A stretch of 33,941 nucleotides of DNA from Perkinsus chesapeaki ATCC PRA-425 (lineage: Eukaryota > Protista > Perkinsozoa). The notes below the pieces were generated by a model. It searched no databases. It saw only the letters and a list, made by a program, of their open reading frames with translations, and had not been told where the DNA came from. A program made the translations under genes and the position numbers. Below are positions 1 to 11,310 of this stretch, one piece after another. Where the stretch lies: positions 1-33,941 of the forward strand of contig JAAPAO010000387.1 in NCBI GenBank assembly GCA_013115145.1. The letters run 5' to 3'. The stretch's first letter is position 1; each line of letters opens with the position of its first letter.

Positions 1-486
1 GGAGCCGGATAGATGATTTACATGTTCTTCTTTACATATTCTCTGTTCTTGCTATTCACTTGAATCATTCACGCATGATGGGTAGTATAACTCAGGTGTA
101 CATTATTTCTTGAGTGTTGAATTAGTGTAATTCATTGAATTAATGCGTACCACGTTATAACACCATCTACATGAACACTATTCTACTACATCAAATGGGA
201 ATATAACACTGGAGCGGAGCGACGGGTTCCACTAGTTTAATATACGTGCGAGGCGGCGAAAAAAAATAAAATAAAATGCCGCTCGTGGGTTTCGAACCTG
301 TGTCTATTAGCCCGAAACCGCGCTCGCCCGACGGCGCGATTTGCTTTTTTAACCGCATCTTAAAGTTACCTATGCGGTGTAGTTCCCGCAATGGCGTATC
401 CTTTACATCGTTCCTCGAGCGTTTCTGTCAAGTCTCCCAAGGTGACTCTCTTTAAATCAGCGTATCTTTTCATATTCACATTTGCA

Positions 487-3400
487 ATGTCCTCCACTGC
501 ATTCGAGAATCGTATCGCTGCTAGACGCCAAAACTTTAAGAAGGCTTCTGGAGACAGTGAGTCTATGAGACGAAGGAGAGAGGTAAATATTCATACCGCT
601 CTCTCCTGCAATAGATGAACAATTTAGGATGCCACATTACAAATCAGAAAGAAGGAAAAGGCAGAGCAGCTGGTAAGGAGAAGGCGGCTTGAAATGGACG
701 ACGACCTTGTTGATGGATGTCCGAAGACACCTTGCAAAGATATACTCAGCAAAGGTCAGACTGCATGCTATAATCTTATTAATTGTGGACACTGAATTAA
801 TCTAGATCTAATCGATGATGCTGACTAAACTCTAAGGGCAATTCGGTTAATTTTTTACCTCACAGCTCTCCTCAGTAAAAGTAGGAATGCAACAAGCATC
901 ATTGTAGCACTTCGAGCTCATATAGACGCTGAACTAGGGCGATTTGATCACTTTGCGCTCTTCTTCGAGAATGGTTTTTCAGATGACATTCCCTCATTGG
1001 TAGCCGCCTTGGAGTCATCTGATCAAAATGCTGTCTTAGAGGCTCTAACCAGCTTCAGGAAAATGCTCAGCAAAGAGGACAACCCACCTATTGCCGATGT
1101 TATTGCTGCAGGGGTACGCAACTCGACCTCAAGATACGGCTCGACGTATCGTTCAACCTATATAGTATGCTTCTGGCAAGTTCGCTGTTTCAACGTTAAA
1201 TTTAAGTGGAACTTGTCTAATATCAGATAATGCTATTTCGGAGCATATTTACTCGCCAGTATTACGGTTAAAATCTTCTTCTTGTATATCTTCCGTGTGC
1301 GACGGTTATATTCTCTCTCAGGTTCTTCCTCGGTTCAAATATCTTTTAGACAACCCTACTATGAGCAAGATGCAGTTTGAAGCCGCCTGGGTCCTTACCA
1401 ACATAGCCAGCGGCAGTTCCGAGCAGACCAGAGCCGTCATCCAGCTGGGTAATACTTGATACGATGATTTGACGAAAAGTTGGTATAAGGTGCGGTGGAT
1501 TCCTTCCGCAATCTGCTCAGCTGTGAGGACACCGATCTCCAAGAGCAATCGATATGGGCATTGGCCAACATAGCCGGGGATGGTGCAGGTAAGCAAGTTG
1601 TATTGTGAATAGCATAGCTCGACTTGGGAGTATACAGTCCTCCAAATAAACTTTTGAAATAATATCATTACTTTACAACGGGAGCGAGTTTAGGGCTCAT
1701 TTGCAGGTATATTACGCAAAGTACTGTACGTACTACACAGTAAACAGTGTACGTAAAGTAGGGTACTTTACTACGCTGTAGTAGTTCAAATTGTAGCTTG
1801 TCTCACCACCTTTACGGATCGTGTAGCTAGTCTATAATGAGTTGTTGCTCACGTCATTTCTAAACCCCCTTTCCTAGTAGTTGTATTTTCAGCGGTTCGT
1901 GATGCCTGCCTCGAGCGTGGTGTCTTGCCACCGCTACTGGATGTCATTCGTGCTGGAAAGAACATTAACATCGTTCGTCTCGGTACCTGGGCAGTCAGCA
2001 ACTTCTGTCGTGGGAAGCCGGTATGTGAAAACTCCGTGGCGCGCGGTAATGGTGTATCAGGTGCCTGCATTGGATCGTATAGTAGGAGCACTACCGACTT
2101 TGGCCATGGTAGGCTGGGTGGCTTAGACAGAATCTTCTCTGCATTTACGCACTCTGAAGATTTTCTTCCTCGGAAAGAGGAGGTTCGATAAAAAAAGTTC
2201 AACAAAAATCATTTTTTCCGGACTAGTTGGAATTGTTGGTGTGAAAAATCAAGGTATAATGGTCAATTACCCGAGTGAATTGGATCCAGTAACCCGTTCA
2301 CTGGCTTTTGTGTTGCCTATCTGCGGCATGTAGAGCTTGGGCAGGAGGCAGGCAGCCCGAAGTCAGGCCGCTGCGTTACGGTGTTAGTTGGAAGAATTCT
2401 TAATCTGATGGAGAGAACAGCCAAGAGGAACTGATGTCGTCATACTTTTGTTAGGTGATCGGGCTGGATGACACCGAGGCTTTGGCTGATGCTCTATGGG
2501 CCATCTCGTATATCTGTGATGGTCCCACTGAAAGGATAGAAGCCATATTGCAGAGTGGTATGATACCACGTATGGTTAGTCTTTTGGGACATCAAAGCAC
2601 ACAAGTAGAGGAACGTGAAGGGCAGGCGGTGGGAAGAGTTGTTGAACAGGTCCACACACCGGCACTGAGAGCAATTGGTAACATAGCCACGGGCTCACCT
2701 CATCAGACTGCTGCTGTGGTAAGGCAGGTTGTATATTGCTTTGAAATGCCAAGCTTCCTTAATCCCGGGCTCGACTTTTGATGCTCTTTATGAAGCAATT
2801 ACAGAATGATTTTTTACAATCTTTTGGGGGTCACTTTGTAGTACCGTCGAAGACAGAATTTCGGTCACTTCATCGCGCCGATTTACGGGACTCTTTCAGT
2901 CCTGGCTCTCCTTCATCTTAGTTAATATGAAGTCTTCTTCGTCGTTGTCAGGTTGATGCTGGCGCTTTATCGGTGTTATTGAAACTGATAACGAGCCCGA
3001 AGAAGACAGTACGTTGCACAATCAAAACGGAGTATTTTACAACAGGTTCGGAAAGAAGTCGTCTGGACAGTCAGCAACATATGTGCGGATCAGCAGATTC
3101 AAATCCAGAGGGTGCGTTTGAGAAAAAAGGAAACATGAATCGCTTCGCTCCGCCATTAGGTTATTGAAAGCGGTATTTTGGGGCCTATTGTGGACATTCT
3201 GGGTGGCGGGGCAGATTATGATGTCAGGAAAGAAGCGGCTTGGACGATTTGCAATCTGTGTTCTGGAGGCAGCCCCGAGCAAGTGCAGTATCTTGTTGAT
3301 AAGTATCCAACTATGGCAGCCCTTAGTAAGTAGGGCGTATCTTAACGCACTGTGAAGAATTAGAGATTAAGCTGCACTGAGCAGATCACCCAGTTCTATG

Positions 3401-3803
3401 ATATAACGATGTAAATTATGTTATTACGTTATATTCGTAATTGAGGAGAATATAAAGTATGTTTGTTACACAGTATCATGATATTCTGTCACACATTCTG
3501 GAGGATCGGATTGGTATGAGGTGAAGCTTATCAGGTTCGATACTTGACATAAAGGATACCAAAATGGTTCAAGTAGCTCTTGAGGCCTTCGAGGGTATCC
3601 TCAGGACAGGGGCCTTGGAACAGGACAAGACAGACACTGCCACTAACCGCTATGTTGAGTGCGTAGCCTTTGCGGAGTTGAGGGCATTTCCCTGCCGTTT
3701 TAGGGCGCTGGAAGAATGTGGTGCTTTGGGTAAGATAGAGGAGTTGCAGCAGGATGAGAGTGAGGATATATATATTAGGGCAGTCAGGATATTGGAGACG
3801 TAA
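487..3803 (+). CDS. KPNA: Importin subunit alpha (IBB domain + ARM repeats), about 14 exons
   Basis: Exon 1 (487-582, MSSTAFENRIAARRQNFKK...SMRRRRE) joins across a 45-nt intron to DATLQIRKKEKAEQLVRRRRL, an IBB domain. Later exons give ARM motifs QFEAAWVLTNIASG, EQSIWALANIAGDG, GTWAVSNFCRGKP, DALWAISYICDG, TPALRAIGNIATG, VRKEAAWTICNL and MVQVALEAFEGIL...IYIRAVRILET. All junctions used are GT-AG. The 3' end is uncertain: stop at 3801-3803, or one more small exon. Confidence 0.95.
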
Positions 3804-3937
3804 TAGGAACGGGGGCAAGGATTAAAGGGGCTATCTCGATTCCATCTGATTGTATTTGGACGGGAAATGAATATAGCACTAACTGATCCCCAGTTTGCTC
3901 TAAAGTCCAGCTCTTCTGAAGCTGCTTTTTCTGTTTA

Positions 3938-4641
3938 CTAATCTGTTTTCCATCGCTGATGACCCCGTGTACGATATACCCGCGTCGATTGCGGGTCAGG
4001 TTTTCTTTCGTTCAGTATATTTGGGATCCACCTGGGAAAGGCCCGTTGGATAACACGGGGGCGGCTTTGGCGATCTTTACAGCCTTTTCTAGGCCAGAAT
4101 TGCGTTCTGTCTCCGATTAGTGTTGGGCTTGCCGGGGAACATCCAGCACTACCACGAACGAGGAGCTTGCAGCCCTCTTGTACGGTTGTCGTGAGAAACC
4201 TCTCCGACCGATCAGATATTGTGATGTTGAAGACGAGAATGCGGACGATAATCAGCATCCGGTTGATGGCTTGGGAGCTCCCACAAGTCACCCAAGATTC
4301 GCCTTCGCTTGATATGGCGAGGCGTTCTAATTGGCGTACTTACTGCCCCCGAAGCATGTCAGTAGCATTCCATTTCTCACGGCATATACGTGGTTTAGTT
4401 TGAAGTTGCCAGGACTGGGTTTATGAGGAGGAAGAGATCGCACGTGATGGCGATGTTTTTGGGTGAACTTTGATAACTCGATCGTCCTTGTTGCGGAATC
4501 GTTCTTCCTTACACGGCAATTGCAATGGGCGATGGTATTTGCAATTTCATCTCCAGGTAGGAGGAACGTGAAGGTTGGAAGGCAGAATGGGCCGGGAATG
4601 AAGCTGGATGTAGTGGACTCGTGATGGCCACTAGGCCACAT
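3938..4641 (-). CDS. Hypothetical two-exon protein (~220 aa), no recognised family
   Basis: ORFs 4327-4641 and 3938-4291 join in frame through a 41-nt intron (4343-4303, GTAAGT donor, weak AAG acceptor). No motif recognised. Confidence 0.3.
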
Positions 4642-4920
4642 TTCCTGGTGACATAACGCTAGTAGTGTTCACAGTAGTTGCAATCAAATTGCTTAGCAAT
4701 TAATAGCGACTATATAGCAATTATTGCTTTATAACCGCTATTAAGTAGGTCTATTGATGTTTGGTAACCAGATTCAAATTTATAATATCTTATTAACCGT
4801 ATGCGGAGTTGAAGCCTGGGAGAAGGGGGTTAGGCTTGTTGCTGTTTGAGATGATGAAGAGCCTGTACTGACCACTCTGATTGAGCCTTCTGGGTGTGAA
4901 CTTCTCTTGAAGTTTTTCTA

Positions 4921-7680
4921 ATGACCGATCACGATGAGCCTGTAAAGAAAAGGCGGGCTGCAAGCGAGAGCATCTCGTCAAAAGGGATACTTTTCATGAC
5001 ACTTCTCGCACTACAGTTTGGCAGCCAGCCGTTGCTGCAGGCGGAGTTCATTGATAAGTAGTAAAGTATTACTGGGAATTGGTAGAGATCGATGTAGGTC
5101 TGTTAACACTACCGTGGTGGTGTTATTCACTGAAGTGCTCAAATTCATCATGGCCGCAATGTTCATGATTTTCGAAGGTTCGCCATGGACCCTTGGCTTG
5201 TTATTTTTTAGTTAGTTTGCTCAGGGTCGCTGATGTCATGTCTGGGGTCATGGAGACCATTGCCGAGTTTGGCAGTGGCAGCCCTTCCTGCCGTCACCTA
5301 TGCAATGCAGAATATCTGTATTCAGACAGCCTACCGTAATTTGGACCCACTAGTCTTCAATCTTATTAACCAAACCAAGCTACTATGGGCAGCAGTAATA
5401 ATACTCCTAGTGGCTGGCTCATAATGCTGTTGTTGCTTTCGCAATAGAGGAATGCCGGCGAGTACGCGCAGCCTGCGTGGTTGGGATTGAATGACATACG
5501 ACGCTTCTGAAGTCTCTATGACTTCCTAAAAAAGACCTAACCGTGATCGAAAAAATTCAGTGTGTGAAAATGTGCTTATGGCTATCTAAGGGATATAGAT
5601 GGTCCGTATATAACCTATGTAAATGAACAACTGTAGTAATGCCACATGAGCTGTCAGAGGAACTTAGAGAGCTTCTTGTTCCCTAGCGCAATCGCAAAGA
5701 CGTTATGTTGACTGTTTGGCTGGTACAGGCGAGCTGGTCATTTTGTTATAGGTTCTCACATACCTTCTTTTGGGCAGACGGCAGAGTACTATTCAAGTCA
5801 TTGCTTTGTTAATGCTGTTTGTTTCGGCGGTTTTGATATCCCTTGGTAGTGTGGAATGGCGCTACTTATCCCAAACGTCTGAGCATAGGTCAAAGTTCCC
5901 AAAGCCACACAGATGGCATTGAAAAGGACACCACTTTGGGGATGATGGCGGTAGTACGGAGGTGGTGCAAATTTTCGTCGTTAGCGAGAAATTGTATACT
6001 CAGTATATTATACAATATACTATATTGCCAGATGAAATATATGAGCATACTAGCCCAGCCGGTTGGAGGTGAAAATTCCAAGGAAATTTCGCAAGGCCAA
6101 TCTCTGGTATTGACAGCTGCTGGCACCAAACAGGGTCTATTTTAACGTGACCAACTATTCTATTTTCTGTTGCGGTTCAACGAATTAATTTTTGAGCTTT
6201 AACTGAAGGAGATATTTCAATCTTCGTTATCCGAGCAAGACTGCCTCCGTTGATTTAGATAGTAGCAGCAAGTGCTCTTTCGGGTGTGGGTGCAGCCATC
6301 TCAGAACTGGCTTTGAGATCATACAATAGAAACAGGTAATACAAAGGAAAGGGTGAGATCTTTATGATGCGCAAAGGAAAGGAAAGCTTTAACAAGGATT
6401 GAAATTCACCATCATTTATCGTCTTAAGAATTAGACGTTGTACACACCCATGCTCATCGTTTTCGGAACGATGTTCCATAGCTTCGAATCGATTCGATTG
6501 ATTAAGACTTCTAGGAAAAGTCGATCTACTCTTTAGAATTTGATTATCTATTTCCCTCGATGCTACGGACTCCCATAGTTGGAACAGTTTCATTAATCCG
6601 TTAACAGCAGTCTCCGGCACGATTATGCTCTTGGGAGCGCCGGTGAGCTTGAGTTCACTTGGTAAAGGGGAACTTAATAAGTAGAGTGCTAGCTTAACAT
6701 TCCTCGTTAATAATACTATTATACTGGATATAGTTAAGCTATCACTGTTTCTCCACCACCGCCGGAATGTATCACCCAGGTAGCATTGAATCAATGCCAG
6801 TGATACTGTGACCGATAGGGCCCTCATATTGTCGGCTTTGGCAGCCTAACATGCATAGGCATTCTTTCTTTCTCTCAGTTACCTGTTCTCAGCGGAGCTG
6901 GCCTTGTACTCCGCGCTGGTTGTCGTCATATCAGAGAAGGCTGTTTACGGACAAACGCTGCATTTGGGAGTGTCGCTGGCAACGTCTTCATTTGTGCCAA
7001 TAAGTCCGACGCTGCTCCTTTTACAGGGGGCATTTGCAAGTTGCAACCGTTCAGTTACGCAGGCTCTGGGTGGGATATTGGTGGGGCAAGTAACGAAGCA
7101 TGCTGGCAGTGTAATACTGGATGGTGGGAAGCAGTTCCCCGGGAACTGTTGTTTCTCATTTTCCCGTTGCAGAGTGGGAAATTTAGGAATACTAACCTGA
7201 CGGTCTAGGGATAACATAGGAATAAATTCGATGAGATAAATACTAGGGATATGTAGTTTGTAAGGAACTTGTATTGATTGATAACCGCATGACTCTCGTC
7301 CGTAGAAGGTCGAGTTTCGACAATGTGAAACCGAGTTTTACGCTATTTACAGAAGAGAGATGTGTGCAATGAGATTACAGATCCTAGAATGCATTTTCGA
7401 ACTAGTGTGATGTCGTCTGGCTTGAGATACGAGTTGTATCATAGGCAACCATCAGCCTGAATAATTCAGGTACAGAAAGGTTTCTCTATAATTGGTGGGA
7501 TTCTTCTCACAGCCATGTTGCGTCGCTTACTGCTAGATGCTCCTCTCACTGGGGAGCTAGCTGCAGCAGTGCCTCTGACACTCCTGGCCACCTACTTGTA
7601 ATAGCACGCGAATATATGCTGGGCCTAAGGATATCAGGTATGCAAAATACCCTCCAGTGACGAAGGAGAAACGGCATTAG
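4921..7680 (+). CDS. Nucleotide-sugar transporter, SLC35A (CMP-sialic acid/UDP-galactose transporter) type, multi-exon
   Basis: ATG at 4921. Spliced exons read GILFMTLLALQFGSQPLL, TEVLKFIMAAMF, AALPAVTYAMQNICIQTAYRNLDPLVFNLINQTKLLWAA, VLTYLLLGRRQSTIQVIALLML, SALSGVGAAISELAL, YLFSAELALYS, QALGGILVGQVTKHAGSVQKGFSIIGGILLT, and end YAKYPPVTKEKRH-TAG at 7680. Confidence 0.9.
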
Positions 7681-8331
7681 TCGAGGCCGAACTTTTCATG
7701 GATGGTTTCTGCCTGCGAGCACCCTGGCTCTGTCGTGTTAGTGGCGAATACAGCGGGGGCTGACTTAGCAAGGAGCCAACTACAGGTTGCAAGGAGTGGC
7801 GCGTAAGGAAGTGCTGTAAACATTGATGACCCCATGGGGTCATCAATCCGTCGTAAAAATTTTAGTGCAATAAATCCCATTCCAGATCCGTCTCCGGCCA
7901 CCTGTGCCCAAGGATCCTCCTGAAGATAAAGGGTTTCAATTGAATGGAGTTTGCTGGCATGTACTTGAGACGCTCAAGTATCTCGGTGTCGCGTACACTT
8001 CGATGATGTGTTTGAAGACTTCGAATTGAAGTGCAACTGTGATATTGAATCGTAAGCTATTGCACAGAGCCTACAAGGTATTATCGCACATCGGTGAAAG
8101 CGATGTCTCTGTCTCGGCCACTAAAGCTGAGGTTCTGACGGCCTCGTAAATGATGCACCTTCCCAACCTGGAAGACCGTTCTCTAGGCTCATACAGAGAA
8201 ACTCTAGGCGACAGGGAAGAGCAAGTAATGTGCGCAAGGCACTGAGTAGGGGTCTCGCATCGTGCCGCTGTGCGCTCGCACGCAACATTGGACATCCCAC
8301 ACAATACATCTCGCTCGCCATAATGGTCGCC

Positions 8332-11100
8332 TGTAGTTGATTTATATAAGGTTATTGAATATCATATTATTATCTGGTAGTGTTTACTGTTGTGTTGCAT
8401 TACATGGTGCCCAGAAAAAAAACTAGTCAGGTTTATTCTAAGGCGTCCGATATAATGTCTAAGGATTCCTGAGCGAGGAAACCGACTACAGCTCCGAAAA
8501 AGACTATGATGTGATCATAGCGACGGCAGCTGCCGACAGTGATGATGATAAGAAAAAGAAGGGTGACGAAGAGGTCGTTGAGGAGGAAATAGAGAACGAC
8601 GACGATCCAAGCAAGTCATCTCCATCTGGTGGTATTGGTGACGGTGAACCTTCTTTACCAAAAACGGCACCAGTCGACTCGCACGAGAATCACCGTAAGA
8701 CGGCTAAGTCAATCGACTTTGGGGAAAAGCTCCACGCAACTGGCACCCAGAGCTTGGAAGTTTTTGAGTTCTTGAGTCGTATGGAAGCCCATCTAGTTCT
8801 CTTGAACGTCCCCAAAGAGCAGTGGTATCAGTATCTTTCGCTGAATACCCGCGGTCAAGCTTATAATGTCCTCACCAATAATGTGAGATGTGGGATATCC
8901 GATCTTAAAGCTTTCCAGCTTGGGGCCGACGTTCTACGTGAACGTTTCGGCTTGGGAATACACGACCTCTGGGGTCTACTCCGCGAAAGAAAACTTTCGC
9001 CAGGTGAAACTACTTCCGATTTGATGGGTGACATTCAGAAGTATGTGACGTATTCCTTACCTGAGGTAGCAAGAACCTCCCGTAAATCATTGGACTGGCT
9101 ATCCTGTATGTGTTTTTTGGGCCGCTATCCCTACAAACATTGGTGGTATTGATACTGTTAGATCTACTTGGCGAGCTCAATGGGGTCCGGGTCATAATTG
9201 GCGGTATGGAGGTTGCCGATGCTGTAACCATCAATACTATCACCACTCTTACTGCTTCATTAGTATTCAGTGTGACGCTCCACGGGCTATGGAAACGAGA
9301 AGGTGACCCGAACGCACTCTAACGGAGACAAGGAGGTGCTTCGCCCGAGTGAGGTCATTTCTATGGAGGATCTATAGGAAGATATTTCGCTAGCTAGAAG
9401 CAAGGGAAGCAACTGCGAATTTTACCGAGTAGCCGAGAAGGGCAAGAACGGTCGAAGAAGAGGTGCTATGCGGCATAACTCATGCCATAAGCACTGGGGG
9501 CTTAGCGCCGAGGAATTACTGTTCGACTTTATCGAAAACGGGTACAACAACTCAACAGGCAAGGTCGTGGATATTATGGGGTACTCGATCCTCCCATGAG
9601 GTAGTGTTCTTACTCTGCCTGGAATATAATGATTTCAACTCACAACAGGACCCTGAGGTGATGCAGAACGCTTTTGCAAAATATGCGGTTTTTGAAGCAG
9701 CAGAACTGGCGTCAGGCTCAAGCTCAGGAAAAAAGATTACAGATTACCTAAACACTATCTCGAAAATTAGTCACCCTCGCACAATCATTGAGCTATAAAA
9801 GGATTTTAGTAAAATCTCGATCAAGCTTCCCGCCGGATCTTTCCGCCTCATTCGTGCTGTCACGCTTTGCTTCGCGAAATAGATAAGAATGAAAGTGGCG
9901 GGTCCTATTATTGCCGATCCCTGGACTATTTTCTTCATACGTGAAGACTCGTGGAGCTGAAAACATCCCGATGGAGCTCATTGTTTTTAGCTACTTGTGA
10001 AGAGACGAAACTCCGAGGGCATTTCTCCACAGAGTTCGATCTCTTGTAGGTAAACTTTACCTGGTAAAGCGGTGTAAAGAGACGAGAGACTTCACGGAGT
10101 TGTGTAGGTGAAGATACGTGATTTTCATTGCTGTACACTCAGCGTACTACGCTCTGGTCGAGAACGAGCATCATGGCTTTGACAGCTGTTGCTGTGTTTT
10201 TCTTTCAGATCAGATCTCAATCTCCTGTGACACCCGTACCGATTTTTCTCCCCAACTCGAGTCATTTTCTCGATGATTTATTCACGTATGCAGTATTTCA
10301 TGATTCAATTGATGCTGTAGCAAAAGATGAAATGTGTCCTACTCCAGCTATGGATAATCACTGTGACAGTTCTTCTATCTTGCCTAACTTGTTCTACTCC
10401 GTGAGAAAAGACCCGTATTTAATTTCCTTGTAGATTCTCGTAGATTGAAGGTTAATTCTTATACTAACGAAGCTACCAGCTTCAAACTGGTGATGATTGG
10501 GTATTCCTCAATGATTAGTGTGACTCGCACTCGCACTTTGCCAGCGTACTTTGTAGGTAGCTGGTGGACTCTAAGCTCATAACTTGCTGATAATGCTAAA
10601 ATGGAGCTTCTATATCAGACTCTGATATAGATATACCGACTTGCTGGTATTCAGAGTGTGAAGGGGTCTTTTTAAAGTGCGCGAGTAGTTGAAATGCAAC
10701 TGTTAAATGGCATAAGACTATCTGGGGAGTGGCTTAGCCTAAGTCCCATCTCTCTAGAGTGAGTAATAGCAAGAGATATTTTGATTCCGAGCTTACCCTC
10801 TGGGTCAACTTGCTACCCGTGAGGCCTGAGAACATGAAGATTGTTGGTATTATTGGCTCGGTCCAGAGCTTTATGACACCAGGGAGAGAACTGTAATAGC
10901 CGTAATAGAACTTTCTCGATGAGAGAGTCTCCTTTACTCCCTCTTTTCATCGAACTAGCTTTCATTGACTGCCGTATCAATATGCAAGCACGAAGGCGAT
11001 CTCGTTTGAGTGTTCAATAAAGTATATCATGTACATTCGGAAGCCAATCTCTAATTGTGCTGTTGCTCGGCATTGTCTCTCCTCAGTCGTTCGCTGAGGG
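8332..11100 (+). mobile_element. Decayed LTR retrotransposon remnant (Ty3/gypsy-like); right boundary approximate
   Basis: TGTA...TACA segment (8332-8404) is followed directly by PBS-like TGGTGCCCAG (8405-8414) and a gag-like ORF. Further on are a possible degenerate protease motif FLVDSR (10424-10441) and RT-proximal-like remnants (FDSELTLWVNLLP...) broken by stops and frameshifts. No 3' LTR found. Confidence 0.6.
8455..9152 (+). pseudogene. Gag/capsid-like ORF with frameshifted start
   Basis: Intronless 213-codon frame with EFLSRMEAHLVLLNVPKEQWYQYLSLNTRGQAYNVL...DVLRERFG...WGLLRERKLSPGETTSDLMGDIQKYV, a retrotransposon capsid pattern. The ATG at 8455 (MSKD) is 1 nt out of frame with the rest. 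Confidence 0.7.
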
Positions 11101-11310
11101 GCATCCTCACTTATCAGATGGACGCATCATCTTATCATATGAATCATGCGCGGTTGGATGAGCGCATGTCCCAGAAGAGGCCTCTTTGATGCAGACTTGT
11201 ATAAGGTTCGTACAAAACTTTTGTAACAAAAGTATGGACCCGACTTGCTTTGAATTTCTCCTTATGTTATACTATAAGAAATAGTTGTCCTATTGGTGTA
11301 GTTTAAACTA

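Noticed and set aside
277-335. Minus-strand tRNA-like fragment (GCCG...GGTTCGAAACC...CGGCA plus T-rich tail)
   Set aside because: Only 59 nt, no D- or anticodon arm and poor stems; at most a degenerate remnant.
3326-3534. Apparent need for a non-canonical GA-AG intron in importin alpha
   Set aside because: A canonical GTAAGT donor at 3326 gives a sensible in-frame join (YPTMAALSSILDIKD).
6255-6827. 190-aa antisense ORF across a transporter intron
   Set aside because: No motif, overlaps a sense exon, and about one stop-free run of this length is expected by chance in six frames of 34 kb.
7677-8321. Possible minus-strand spliced gene between the transporter and the gag remnant
   Set aside because: Several splice-like sites, but I could not build a stop-free model or recognise a domain.
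9705-9726. GGCTCAAG resembling the 3' end of the dinoflagellate/perkinsid spliced leader
   Set aside because: Only 8 nt match; the rest of the leader is absent.
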